NCBI GenBank assembly: GCA_052168235.1
Contig: JBQLZK010000009.1
Coordinates: 1-64,000, forward strand
DNA: 64,000 nt
Source: Thainema sp.
Lineage (GTDB): Bacteria > Cyanobacteriota > Cyanobacteriia > Phormidesmidales > Phormidesmidaceae
Direction: 5' to 3'
Below are positions 30,412 to 39,788 of this stretch, piece by piece (the stretch's first letter is position 1; the number at the start of each line of letters is the position of its first letter). The translations under genes were made by a program, and so were the position numbers. The notes below the pieces were generated by a model. That model was given only the letters and a program-made list of their open reading frames with translations. It did no database searches and had not been told where the DNA came from.

Positions 30412-30819
30412 ATGATGCGACCAAAAATCAGCCATCAATCACCTAAGGGATTTGGCTCAATTGAGCATCGACAAAATGCTACTCTTTTGCTGCGGCGTAA
30501 GACTCAAGCTGATACCCAGGGCTATCCGATCGTAACGATTGCTTACTATGGCCCTGACGAGGACACTGCGACCAAAGTCGCCGTTGGGATTGTCGATCAG
30601 TCCCAAGAAGTCATCGATTTAAAGCGTTGGCTTGCAGATGGGATCGAAATCCGGATGGATGACACAGTGAATCGCCAAATTCTCGATTTCATCAAGCGCA
30701 AAAGGGCCAAGCAGGTGATTATGACTGACGGAATTATCGGCTGTCCCCATGAAGAAGGTATTGACTATCCTGAGGGAGGAAACTGCCCTGAATGTCCGTA
30801 CTGGGCCGACAAACGTTGA
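30412..30819 (+). CDS. Hypothetical protein with Cys/His-rich C-terminus
   Basis: 135-aa ORF with GYP..TIAYYGPD and GCPHEEGIDYP.G..CPECPYW. Confidence 0.7.
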   Translation: MMRPKISHQSPKGFGSIEHRQNATLLLRRKTQADTQGYPIVTIAYYGPDEDTATKVAVGIVDQSQEVIDLKRWLADGIEIRMDDTVNRQILDFIKRKRAKQVIMTDGIIGCPHEEGIDYPEGGNCPECPYWADKR

Positions 30820-30880
30820 CTCAGATCTTGCACCCAAATAACCCTTATGAGTTCTCGGTTTGCAAGGTCAAGATCTGAGT
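30819..30880. repeat. ~62-bp miniature inverted-repeat element
   Basis: ACTCAGATCTTG...CAAGATCTGAGT, with GTTGAC directly repeated at both junctions. Confidence 0.7.
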
Positions 30881-30952
30881 TGACATACAACTGCAATCAA
30901 CTGTTGCTGAGATGAAACAAAGTTGATTAAGCGCTCAATCTAGAATTGCGGT

Positions 30953-31672
30953 ATGACTGAGCCTCCCCTGATTTTGATTGTGGATGACGACCGCGAGATT
31001 CGCGATTTGCTGTCGCGGTTTCTGAATCGGCATGGCTATCGAGTCAAGACGGCGGCTGATGGGGCGGGCATGTGGCGCTCACTCGATATCCATCCCATCG
31101 ATTTGATTGTGCTGGATTTGATGCTGCCGGGAGATGATGGTTTGGCTCTGTGCCAAAAATTACGGTCTACTTCTACGCTGCCTATTGTGATGTTGACTGC
31201 CATTGGTGACGATGCGGATCGAATTGTGGGGCTGGAATTGGGGGCCGACGACTACGTGACCAAGCCGTTTAATCCGAGGGAGCTGCTGGCACGGATCAAA
31301 GCTGTCTTACGCCGAATTGAGTATGTCACGGTCGAAGTCCAGCAGAAACCACCAAAAGGATTTGGGTTTGATGGTTGGCAATTGGATCTGGCCAAACGAG
31401 AACTCTGTTCTCCCGATGGAGTGCTGATTCCCTTAACGGCCAATGAGTTCGACCTCTTAGCTGCATTCGCAGAGCATCCCCAGCAGGTGCTGAGCCGTGA
31501 TCAACTCCTGGAGCTGACGAAGGGATATGAAGCCGCTCCCTTTGATCGCAGTGTGGATGTGCAACTGAGCCGTCTGCGCCGCAAAATTGAAGCGAATCCC
31601 AAAGTACCAACCCTGATCAAAACAGTGCGAGGTGGTGGCTATCTTTTTACACCAGTGGTGGAGAAACGATGA
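30953..31672 (+). CDS. OmpR-family response regulator
   Basis: Motifs ILIVDDD, LDLMLPG, GADDYVTKPFNPREL and DRSVDVQLSRLRRK. Confidence 0.92.
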   Translation: MTEPPLILIVDDDREIRDLLSRFLNRHGYRVKTAADGAGMWRSLDIHPIDLIVLDLMLPGDDGLALCQKLRSTSTLPIVMLTAIGDDADRIVGLELGADDYVTKPFNPRELLARIKAVLRRIEYVTVEVQQKPPKGFGFDGWQLDLAKRELCSPDGVLIPLTANEFDLLAAFAEHPQQVLSRDQLLELTKGYEAAPFDRSVDVQLSRLRRKIEANPKVPTLIKTVRGGGYLFTPVVEKR

Positions 31673-33048
31673 AGCGGATCAAGCGATTATTACCCAGCAG
31701 TCTGGCAGGGCGAATTACGCTGATTTTGACGATGGGATTCTTCTCAGCCCAGTCGATTGCTGTATGGCTACTGGTTCACGATCGCACTGTCACCGCAATG
31801 AAAATATTTGGTTTATCTGTTGCGGATCGAGTTGTCACTATTATCGACGTGATGGAAACGCTGCCACCGGATGAACAGGTCAAGCTATTGCAGGCACTCC
31901 ACAGCCCCCGGTTTCAGGTCAGTGTTTTAGACCAGCCGCCGTCCCAGCCCCAGCGGGAAGCGTGGCACGCCGACGAGATTCGCCAGGACGTGCGATCTCA
32001 CCTCATACCCCAGCTTAGCCAACCCATTCAGATCCAAGTGCTTGACCGCTGGTCGAACAGTTCGCTCCTAGATCAGTCAGATGGTTCTGCTCTTGTGCCG
32101 CTGCTATCTAGCCGTCAAACGATGGTGATTGCCGTTCAACAAACTCGCGATCGCTGGTTAGTCTTTGTCACCCCCTCAGACATCATTTCTCTGCGCAGCA
32201 GCAGTCACCGCTGGTTTGTGTTTCTGTTTATCGGACTTGCCATTTGGCTGCTGTCGCTCTGGGCAGCTCGACGAGTCACCCAGCCGATTACCCAATTTGC
32301 CACTGCCGCTGAGCAGTTCGGTCGGGATATTAATGCACCGCCGCTCCCCGAAGCGGGTTCGCGTGAACTCCGTCAATCCATTCAAGCTTTCAATCAAATG
32401 CAGGAACGGCTGCGGCATCTGGTAAATGAGCGCACGTTTATGCTGGCCGCCATTGCCCATGACTTGCGAACGATCCTCACCCGACTGAAACTGCGGGCTG
32501 AGTTTATTGATGATGGGGAGCAGGCTCAGAAGGCGATTGCTGACATTGACCAGATGCAGACCATGCTCACGGAAACCTTGACCTTTGCCCGCGCAGAATC
32601 CACCACCGAAGCTTTCGTTAAGCTGGATTTGGCGAGCCTACTCCAAAGCCTGTGTGATGATGTTGTTGATACAGGGAAAAAGGCAATCTATCAGGGACCA
32701 GTCCATGTGACCTATGTTGGTCAACCTACTGCTCTACATCGAGCGTTCATGAACCTGATTCACAATGCAGTGACCTACGGGAACGAGGCGGAGGTGATGC
32801 TGCGCTCGAAGCAGGAGAGGCTTGAGGTAGTAATTTGCGATCGCGGTTTCGGCATTCCTCCTGAATTCCAGGGCAAAATCTTTGAACCGTTCTTTCGTCT
32901 AGAACAATCCCGCAACCGAGAAACCGGAGGAACCGGGCTGGGATTAGCCGTCGCTCAAACCATCATCCAACGTCATAGCGGTACCATCCAGGTACAAAGC
33001 CAGTTAAACAGTGGGAGCACATTCACGATCACGCTACCCACCGTCTAA
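31669..33048 (+). CDS. EnvZ-like HAMP sensor histidine kinase
   Basis: Motifs AIAHDLRT, NLIHNAVTYG and TGGTGLGL; ATGA overlap with the regulator. Confidence 0.9.
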   Translation: MKRIKRLLPSSLAGRITLILTMGFFSAQSIAVWLLVHDRTVTAMKIFGLSVADRVVTIIDVMETLPPDEQVKLLQALHSPRFQVSVLDQPPSQPQREAWHADEIRQDVRSHLIPQLSQPIQIQVLDRWSNSSLLDQSDGSALVPLLSSRQTMVIAVQQTRDRWLVFVTPSDIISLRSSSHRWFVFLFIGLAIWLLSLWAARRVTQPITQFATAAEQFGRDINAPPLPEAGSRELRQSIQAFNQMQERLRHLVNERTFMLAAIAHDLRTILTRLKLRAEFIDDGEQAQKAIADIDQMQTMLTETLTFARAESTTEAFVKLDLASLLQSLCDDVVDTGKKAIYQGPVHVTYVGQPTALHRAFMNLIHNAVTYGNEAEVMLRSKQERLEVVICDRGFGIPPEFQGKIFEPFFRLEQSRNRETGGTGLGLAVAQTIIQRHSGTIQVQSQLNSGSTFTITLPTV

Positions 33049-33058
33049 ACGGATTAGG

Positions 33059-33748
33059 CTATCGCTGTCCTCGATGCATCCAGCCAGGCATACCGCCAAC
33101 CTCGTACCAGTCTTGCAGCCAAGACTGCATCTGCCAGATTTCCTGCCGCTGGGTATTGGCGATATTCTGGGCAAAGGGTTGTACGTCCTGATGCTCAACC
33201 AGACCGTGATTTACCAATCGCTGCGACATCATCACGGCTCCCATATGGTGCATGACCATATCTTCTAGAAACGCCTGATCCAGCGCATCCCCTTCAAGCT
33301 GGCTGAGGTCGCGCATCATAGGAGTGTAGGTCAGATCCGTTTCTTGGCCGGGATACCATTCGTCCAGCCACGCCTGCATCTGCTCAATTTCGGCGGTTTG
33401 CACATCGATAATATCCTGCGCAAATGTGCGCATCTCAGGCCGATCGCTGTACTCCAGCACGCGCTGAGCGGTGGCAATAGCTTCCTGATGGTGAGGAATC
33501 ATCAGGCTCAAGAACTCAAACTCGCTATTGGCCTGCATCATGTGCATCATCTGACCGTGCTGCCCTTGCCACTGGCCTTGGTGCATGGGCATTTGATCCC
33601 AGTTCATCGGCATTTGCCAGCCCGCTGGATCAGATGACTGTAATGGGTCAGCATTGGAGGGTGAAGAAAGATAAGAAAAGGTAGCGACACCTGCGATCGC
33701 AACACCAACACCTGCGATCGCGGCGATAGATTTGGTGAGAAGTTGCAT
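33059..33748 (-). CDS. DUF305 exported metal-binding protein
   Basis: MIPHHQEAI and MVMHHMGAV repeats; Met/His-rich. Confidence 0.87.
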   Translation of the reverse strand: MQLLTKSIAAIAGVGVAIAGVATFSYLSSPSNADPLQSSDPAGWQMPMNWDQMPMHQGQWQGQHGQMMHMMQANSEFEFLSLMIPHHQEAIATAQRVLEYSDRPEMRTFAQDIIDVQTAEIEQMQAWLDEWYPGQETDLTYTPMMRDLSQLEGDALDQAFLEDMVMHHMGAVMMSQRLVNHGLVEHQDVQPFAQNIANTQRQEIWQMQSWLQDWYEVGGMPGWMHRGQR

Positions 33749-33779
33749 AGGGTGAATCCCCTTGAAGCGTTATACCTCT

Positions 33780-33811
33780 AGTTTAAACCCTCTACTTAGC
33801 TAGAGAGTTAA
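33780..33811 (-). promoter_or_regulatory. MerR-type promoter/operator (20-bp spacer)
   Basis: On the minus strand, TTAACT-ctctagctaagtagagggtt-TAAACT, containing the dyad ACTCTCTA-N6-TAGAGGGT. Confidence 0.68.
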
Positions 33812-33929
33812 GGGATGACCGTATCGCAGAAACCATAATTTACACTTCTTGATACATCTCAATTCAGCATTCGATGTTCGATCATTGAGAACAAAGCACG
33901 ATTTCTGCCAAACTCCTACCGGGTTGGAC

Positions 33930-36041
33930 TTAGGCTAGTTTGGCTCGGCGTAGCATCACCGCATTAATTGCCACGATCACGGTCGAAAGGCTCATCAATA
34001 AAGCACCTATCGCCGGAGAAAGCACGATACCCCAAGCCGACAGTACGCCTGCTGCCAGGGGAATGGCGATCACGTTGTACCCGGTGGCCCAGAATAGATT
34101 TTGAATCATCTTGCTGTAGGTCTTCTTCGCTAGCACCAGCGCCTTTACTGCATCTAGGGGATCGTCTTCCACTAGTACCAAGTCAGCGGACTCAATCGCC
34201 ACGTTGGTACCCGCCCCAATCGCTAAGCCCATATTGGCTTCCAGCAAAGCGGCTGCATCGTTGATGCCGTCACCCACAAAGGCAGTAGGAGCCTCTTGTT
34301 TCAGCTCTCTGATGCGATTCACTTTGTCTTCAGGCAGCACGCGGGCGTAGTAGCGATCGATGCCCAGATCTTCAGCAACAGCACGCGCAACGGCTTCGGC
34401 ATCCCCGGTAATCATCACCGCCTGGATGTCCATCTCATGCAGGCGATCGATGGTGGTGCGGGCACGTTCTCGGATCTGGTCAGCCATTGAGATAACTGCG
34501 ATCGCACGTTCAGTAGTCATCAGCACAACAGCACTTTCACCCCGCTCATCGGCTCGGCTTAATGCCTGTTGCAGTGGAGCAGAAAACGATAGATGTTGCT
34601 CCTGCACCCATTCCGGTCGTCCAACGCGATAGGTTTGTCCATTGATCAGGCCCTCTACGCCCCGTCCAGTAACGGTTTGGAAGTCACGCGTTTGGGGTAG
34701 AGTTAGCTGCCGCCGATGAGCTGAATCGACGATTGCTTTCGCAAGAGGATGCTCGGAGGGATTTTCTAGGGCAGCGGCAATGGCTAACGCTTCATCCTCA
34801 TCCATCCCATCTACAGCGACGTTTTGGACGCCAAACTTGCCTTGGGTCAGCGTTCCAGTTTTGTCGAAAGCGACGATTTTGATATCCTTAGCTCGTTCAA
34901 GAGAATCACGGTTGCGGACTAGAATGCCGTTGCGGGCTGCTAGTCCAGTGGAGTTGGCAATCACCAGCGGAATCGCTAGTCCCAGGGCATGAGGACAGGT
35001 AATCACCAGCACCGTCACCGCCCGGTTGATGGAGAAGATTAGATCGCTGAGGGTAAGCCAGATGATAAAGGTAAGGGTGCCAACCGAAATGGCAATAAGC
35101 GTCAGCCAATAGGCCACTTTATCTGCGAGTACCTGATAGCGACTGCGGGACGACTGCGCCTCTTCCACCAGCCGCATAATCTGGCTAATAGCGGTGTCTT
35201 CGCCAACTCGGGTAACTCTGACTTGAACAGAACCTTCTGTATTCACCGACCCCGCGACCACTTCATCCCCGACTTCCTTGTGAACAGGCTTCGATTCACC
35301 CGTCAGGAACGATTCGTTGATGCTGGTGCGGCCCTCAATCACTTCGCCATCATTGGGAATTTGTTCGCCAGGACGAATTAGGATGACATCGTTGACTTGG
35401 ATCTCATCAACCGAAACATCTTCAATGTGACCATTCCGCATCCGATGCGCTGCGTTAGGCACCAGGGTCGAGAGTTCTTCTAGCGCTTTGCTCGCTCCCT
35501 GCACCGAGGCCATCTCAACCCAGTGGCCCAGCAGCATGATGTCGATCAGCGTCGCTAGTTCCCAATAGAAGGGCATTCCCTCCAGGCCCAGGGACACAGC
35601 AATACTGTATACAAACGCCACCGTAATTGCCAGCGCAATCAGTGTCATCATGCCGATCTTGCCCTGAAACTCGTGCCACGCGCCCTTGAGAAATGGCCAG
35701 CCGCCATAGAAATAGAGGGCAATGCCGAGAATGGGATTAATCCAACCAGAGCTAGGAAATGCGATCGCTTCATACCCCAACCACCCCTGAAGCTGTGGTG
35801 AAAAGTAGAGAATCGGCAGCGTCAAAATCAGCGATACGAAAAATCGCTGCTTGAACATGGCCGGACTGTGATGCCCATGACCGCTGTGACCGCCATGCCC
35901 CCGGTGTCCGCCACGGGCGCTATGAGCGTGGTCGCCATGATATGCACCAGCAGCCTCTACGGGATGACCAGTGTGGTTATTATGGGCATCATCAACGCTA
36001 GAGTTTTCAGCTTGGGGGGTGGAGTGACGAGGATGATTCAT
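33930..36041 (-). CDS. Copper-translocating P1B-3-type ATPase (CopB-like)
   Basis: His-rich N-terminus, TGES, CPHALGL, DKTGTLT, SEHPLA, GDGIND, YN and MSLST. Confidence 0.93.
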   Translation of the reverse strand: MNHPRHSTPQAENSSVDDAHNNHTGHPVEAAGAYHGDHAHSARGGHRGHGGHSGHGHHSPAMFKQRFFVSLILTLPILYFSPQLQGWLGYEAIAFPSSGWINPILGIALYFYGGWPFLKGAWHEFQGKIGMMTLIALAITVAFVYSIAVSLGLEGMPFYWELATLIDIMLLGHWVEMASVQGASKALEELSTLVPNAAHRMRNGHIEDVSVDEIQVNDVILIRPGEQIPNDGEVIEGRTSINESFLTGESKPVHKEVGDEVVAGSVNTEGSVQVRVTRVGEDTAISQIMRLVEEAQSSRSRYQVLADKVAYWLTLIAISVGTLTFIIWLTLSDLIFSINRAVTVLVITCPHALGLAIPLVIANSTGLAARNGILVRNRDSLERAKDIKIVAFDKTGTLTQGKFGVQNVAVDGMDEDEALAIAAALENPSEHPLAKAIVDSAHRRQLTLPQTRDFQTVTGRGVEGLINGQTYRVGRPEWVQEQHLSFSAPLQQALSRADERGESAVVLMTTERAIAVISMADQIRERARTTIDRLHEMDIQAVMITGDAEAVARAVAEDLGIDRYYARVLPEDKVNRIRELKQEAPTAFVGDGINDAAALLEANMGLAIGAGTNVAIESADLVLVEDDPLDAVKALVLAKKTYSKMIQNLFWATGYNVIAIPLAAGVLSAWGIVLSPAIGALLMSLSTVIVAINAVMLRRAKLA

Positions 36042-36083
36042 AGAACTTAGGTGAGTAACAGCTCGATATCGTGGGTATGTTTA

Positions 36084-36115
36084 ACCCTAAAGCCTCAAGT
36101 AGACTATAAGTTCTA
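36084..36115 (-). promoter_or_regulatory. MerR-type promoter/operator (20-bp spacer)
   Basis: On the minus strand, TAGAAC-ttatagtctacttgaggctt-TAGGGT; shares AGGCTTTAGGGT with 21508-21539. Confidence 0.55.
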
Positions 36116-36160
36116 GCGTTTGCAACAAAACTTAAATTGATGATAAAAAGCCCTATCAAA

Positions 36161-36799
36161 CTACTCATGAGAGTGGCTATCACTGTGACTCGGTTCCAAG
36201 TTTCCTGGAGAGGGTTGACCGGATTCAGATCCCGTTTGACCCTTGGGAGACTGAGATGGATATTGAGAGCGACTGCTTCCCTCTGAATGGCTATGACCTG
36301 AGCCGCTCCCTTCATGGGCAAAAGATTCAGCATTAAGCAGGATGGCCGAGAGTTCGCCACGCACTTCTGTATGACGGATCGTGCCGCCATGCAGTCCTGC
36401 CCAAGATAGAAGTCCTGTAGCGGCCAAAGCGATGATCAAAAAGATCACGTTAAACCAGCCTGGAGCCAGCCTCGCTCGGCGAGCACCCAGAATCCCCATG
36501 AGGCTGAGCGCACCAATGATTGCCAGCCCGATAAACGACCATTCCGCCACTTCTCGATGGCGATGAATGATGGCTTCGCTGACATTGGCTAATGATTCAA
36601 CAGTGGTATAAGCCTGAGTGCCTGAATAGTAGACAACAATAGACAGCAACGCCATCAGGAAGAACATCCAGTAGCTGGTCTGCTTGATCGGTCGGCTATG
36701 ACGTATCCAGCCAACAACGAAAATGACCAAAGCTGCGATCGCACCAATGATCGGAAAATGATTCAGCAAGAGGTGTACATGAGTCCAACTTAAAGTCAT
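36161..36799 (-). CDS. His-containing 4-TM membrane protein (DUF2231-like)
   Basis: Motifs HVHLLLNHFPI, SG..A, H.H and GGTIRHTE.R. Confidence 0.7.
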   Translation of the reverse strand: MTLSWTHVHLLLNHFPIIGAIAALVIFVVGWIRHSRPIKQTSYWMFFLMALLSIVVYYSGTQAYTTVESLANVSEAIIHRHREVAEWSFIGLAIIGALSLMGILGARRARLAPGWFNVIFLIIALAATGLLSWAGLHGGTIRHTEVRGELSAILLNAESFAHEGSGSGHSHSEGSSRSQYPSQSPKGQTGSESGQPSPGNLEPSHSDSHSHE

Positions 36800-36859
36800 A
36801 GAACGTATTGCGGAGAGTGTGGAACTAGATCGGTTTAGGTAAATCTTTGCTGTTCAGCC

Positions 36860-37444
36860 CTATTCCGGAATGGGAGTAGAGACAAAGTCTGGAATCTCTC
36901 TTCCTTCCAACTCAGCTTCTGATGTGACCAAGCCGTTTTCTCGGATATCAGAAATCAGCCACTCCATTTCATTGATTTCTCGACGCTGAGCTTCAATAAT
37001 TTCATCGGCCAGTTCACGCACCCGAACATCCTGAATCTGGGCACGTTCACTCGTTAAAATTGCGATCGAGTGGTGCGGAATCATGCCTTCCATGTAGTCT
37101 ACATCGCTTACGGTAAGCTGACTGCGCACCAACCACAGGGAAGCGCCAAACAGAACGATGGCAGCGACATAGATGGCAATGTTCATGCTGCGACTCTTAT
37201 ACATGTGCAGCATGTATGACAGCATAATGACCATCATGGCGGCACCCATAATCAGCGCCATATAAACCCGTGTTTCACTAAACCAGGCATGATCCAAAAT
37301 CTGATACGAATGTAGGTACATCAAGAAGAACATCACCACAATTGAAGTACCAATCATGGCAAAGTATCGGACGTAGCTACTGCCCATACCACCATCATGG
37401 CCCGCATCAGCATGGTTTTTCATTGCATTTTCTTGAGTAGTCAT
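36860..37444 (-). CDS. Membrane-anchored DUF305 protein
   Basis: Three TM segments followed by YMEGMIPHHSIAILTSERA...IIEAQRREI. Confidence 0.85.
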   Translation of the reverse strand: MTTQENAMKNHADAGHDGGMGSSYVRYFAMIGTSIVVMFFLMYLHSYQILDHAWFSETRVYMALIMGAAMMVIMLSYMLHMYKSRSMNIAIYVAAIVLFGASLWLVRSQLTVSDVDYMEGMIPHHSIAILTSERAQIQDVRVRELADEIIEAQRREINEMEWLISDIRENGLVTSEAELEGREIPDFVSTPIPE

Positions 37445-37714
37445 CGGTGTTCCTTGCAATCAATACTTTGGAAATGATTTTTAGAGTAAAAAATATTTGG
37501 AGCAACTCGTAAATTGCCTCATCGCTAAAGAAGAAAGAATTTGCCGCTATGCCAGTAGAAATGCTCCAAAGTTGAAATAATATAAAGCCTGTTTATAAGA
37601 ATCAAATTCATTAATCTCTTCTGATGAGTGATGGCTTAGAGATATCGAGAAATGCTGCCTCTTATCACCTATCAATGGCGTGAAATCTAACTTCAGCCAT
37701 AAGTCATAGAGCCA

Positions 37715-37801
37715 TTTCATTTTGATTTCATCGGTAGATGTTAATCCGTTGTAAGTACCTGAAATTGAGCCACCATGTCCTACATTTCATCGCCATTTCA
37801 T
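37715..37801 (+). promoter_or_regulatory. Two TTTCAT-N5-TTTCAT boxes upstream of the multicopper oxidase
   Basis: Perfect copies at 37715-37731 and 37785-37801. Confidence 0.72.
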
Positions 37802-37930
37802 GGTTCATCGATAGAATAGCGATCACTAGATTGAATTTTTGATCACTGTCTTTATCCTCTGGCTAACTAGAGATTCTACGATTGCCCTATCCCCCATCAA
37901 GCTTCAATCGTTTTTTGTAGAACCACGTTT

Positions 37931-39400
37931 ATGACCATTAGGAAAACTATCAAGCGACGAATTTTTTTGAGGCTAAGCTTGGGAACTACAGCGGCAGTGC
38001 TCTTAGCCCAATGCTCTAAGGACTCGTCACCGTCCTTAGAGCCGAATTCAATCTTGGCTCAAGACCCGGTGCAGAGCAGCGAAGGCGGGTTACTCAGCTT
38101 TGACTTAGTGGCTGAGGCGCAACAGGTGAAACTGGGCAATCGCAATGCCAATCTGCTCACCTATAACGGCCAAGTTCCTGGGCCTCGCATAGAAGCCAAG
38201 CCTGGTGATACCATCCAAATTCGCTTTACGAATCGATTAAATCAGCCCACCAATTTGCACTATCACGGGCTACACATTCCACCGACGGGGACAGGAGACA
38301 ATGCTTTTCTAGAAATTCCGCCGGGGGCAAGCCATACCTACGAATTTCAGATTCCCCAAAACCATCCAGCAGGTACGTTTTGGTATCACCCTCATTATCA
38401 TGGGCTGGTTGCTGAACAGCTCTTTGGCGGCCTTGCGGGACTCTTTGTGGTACGGGGAGAGTTGGATGAAATTCCCGAAATTCAAGCCGCTCAGGAAGAA
38501 TTTTTAGTTCTCAAAGATTTTGCTCTAGATGACAGCGGCAATATCCCTGATCCGGGCCATATGGCGCAGATGACGGGGCGTATTGGGGATTTGCTGACCG
38601 CTAATGGACAATTCAATCCGGCTTTGACCGTCCCCCAAGGTGGCCTGCTGCGGCTCCGGTTGCTGAATGCTTCGTCGTCCCGGTTTTTCTGGCTGTCGCT
38701 AGAAGATCACCCATTTTATCTAATTGCAACTGATGGAGGTGCGATCGCATCTCCCATCGAACTCAATGACTTGATGCTAGCTCCTGGCGAACGAGCTGAG
38801 GTGTTGGTCAAGTGCGATCGCAATCCCGGACAGTATCGCCTACTCAATCAGCCCTTTAATCCCGCTCAAGGGATGATGGGTGGTGGCATGATGGGCGGCG
38901 GTATGATGGGGCGTCCTTCCAACCCAACTCGAACGGAAACCGTTGCTACCCTTACCTATCGCGGCACAGTTAATCCGGTTCCGCTGCCAACCCAACTCAT
39001 TCCGGTTGAATCCTTGCTAGAACCCCAGACTGTACGCCAGTTCACACTCAACCACGGTATGGGAATGGGGATGGTGTTTCTAATCAACGGCCAAGCGTTT
39101 GATCATCATCGGATTGATACACAAGTAGCACTCAATACGGTTGAAGACTGGGAAATAAGCAACACGGGCACGATGGCCCATCCTTTTCATGTCCATGTCA
39201 ACAAATTTCAGGTGATTAGCCGTAATGGTCAACCTGCGCCCTATGCTGCCTGGAAAGATGTTGTGTCGTTAAGTCCGGGTGAAACTGTGCGGATTCGCAT
39301 CCCCTTTCGCGACTACATCGGCAAAACGGTTTATCACTGCCATATTCTAGACCATGAAGATCGAGGAATGATGGGAGTTTTAGACATTAAGCAAGCTTAG
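37931..39400 (+). CDS. Tat-exported multicopper oxidase (CueO-like)
   Basis: RRIFL Tat motif, LHYHG, WYHPH, HPFHVH and YHCHILDHEDRGMM; Met-rich insert. Confidence 0.93.
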   Translation: MTIRKTIKRRIFLRLSLGTTAAVLLAQCSKDSSPSLEPNSILAQDPVQSSEGGLLSFDLVAEAQQVKLGNRNANLLTYNGQVPGPRIEAKPGDTIQIRFTNRLNQPTNLHYHGLHIPPTGTGDNAFLEIPPGASHTYEFQIPQNHPAGTFWYHPHYHGLVAEQLFGGLAGLFVVRGELDEIPEIQAAQEEFLVLKDFALDDSGNIPDPGHMAQMTGRIGDLLTANGQFNPALTVPQGGLLRLRLLNASSSRFFWLSLEDHPFYLIATDGGAIASPIELNDLMLAPGERAEVLVKCDRNPGQYRLLNQPFNPAQGMMGGGMMGGGMMGRPSNPTRTETVATLTYRGTVNPVPLPTQLIPVESLLEPQTVRQFTLNHGMGMGMVFLINGQAFDHHRIDTQVALNTVEDWEISNTGTMAHPFHVHVNKFQVISRNGQPAPYAAWKDVVSLSPGETVRIRIPFRDYIGKTVYHCHILDHEDRGMMGVLDIKQA

Positions 39401-39788
39401 CTCCAGTACCTCAGCAAGCATCAATAATTAGTTCCAATATTTAAGGGCAAATGCAGAGCAAACCACAATAACCGAATTGGTAGAATCCCTTCTTAACCCT
39501 CAGTCAGCTCTAGACTATATTCATTAAATAATCTCAAAGCAAGACTCGCATGCCTCATAGCAAGAGCTTTTTTTAGACTCACCCCTCTCACCCCAAACAC
39601 TCGGCATAACAGGGAATATGCGTGCAAGATTTTGACGGCTTTACAGGTGGAGGCAAAGGTGAGATCGCAGGTTTCACTTTGGCTCAAAATCATGAATTGC
39701 ACGACTCAATGTGCTCCTGCTGAGAGTTGTGTTTGCACAGCATTGGCAAGAAGCAGCCTATATTAATTGGCAGCTAATTCGTAACGAA

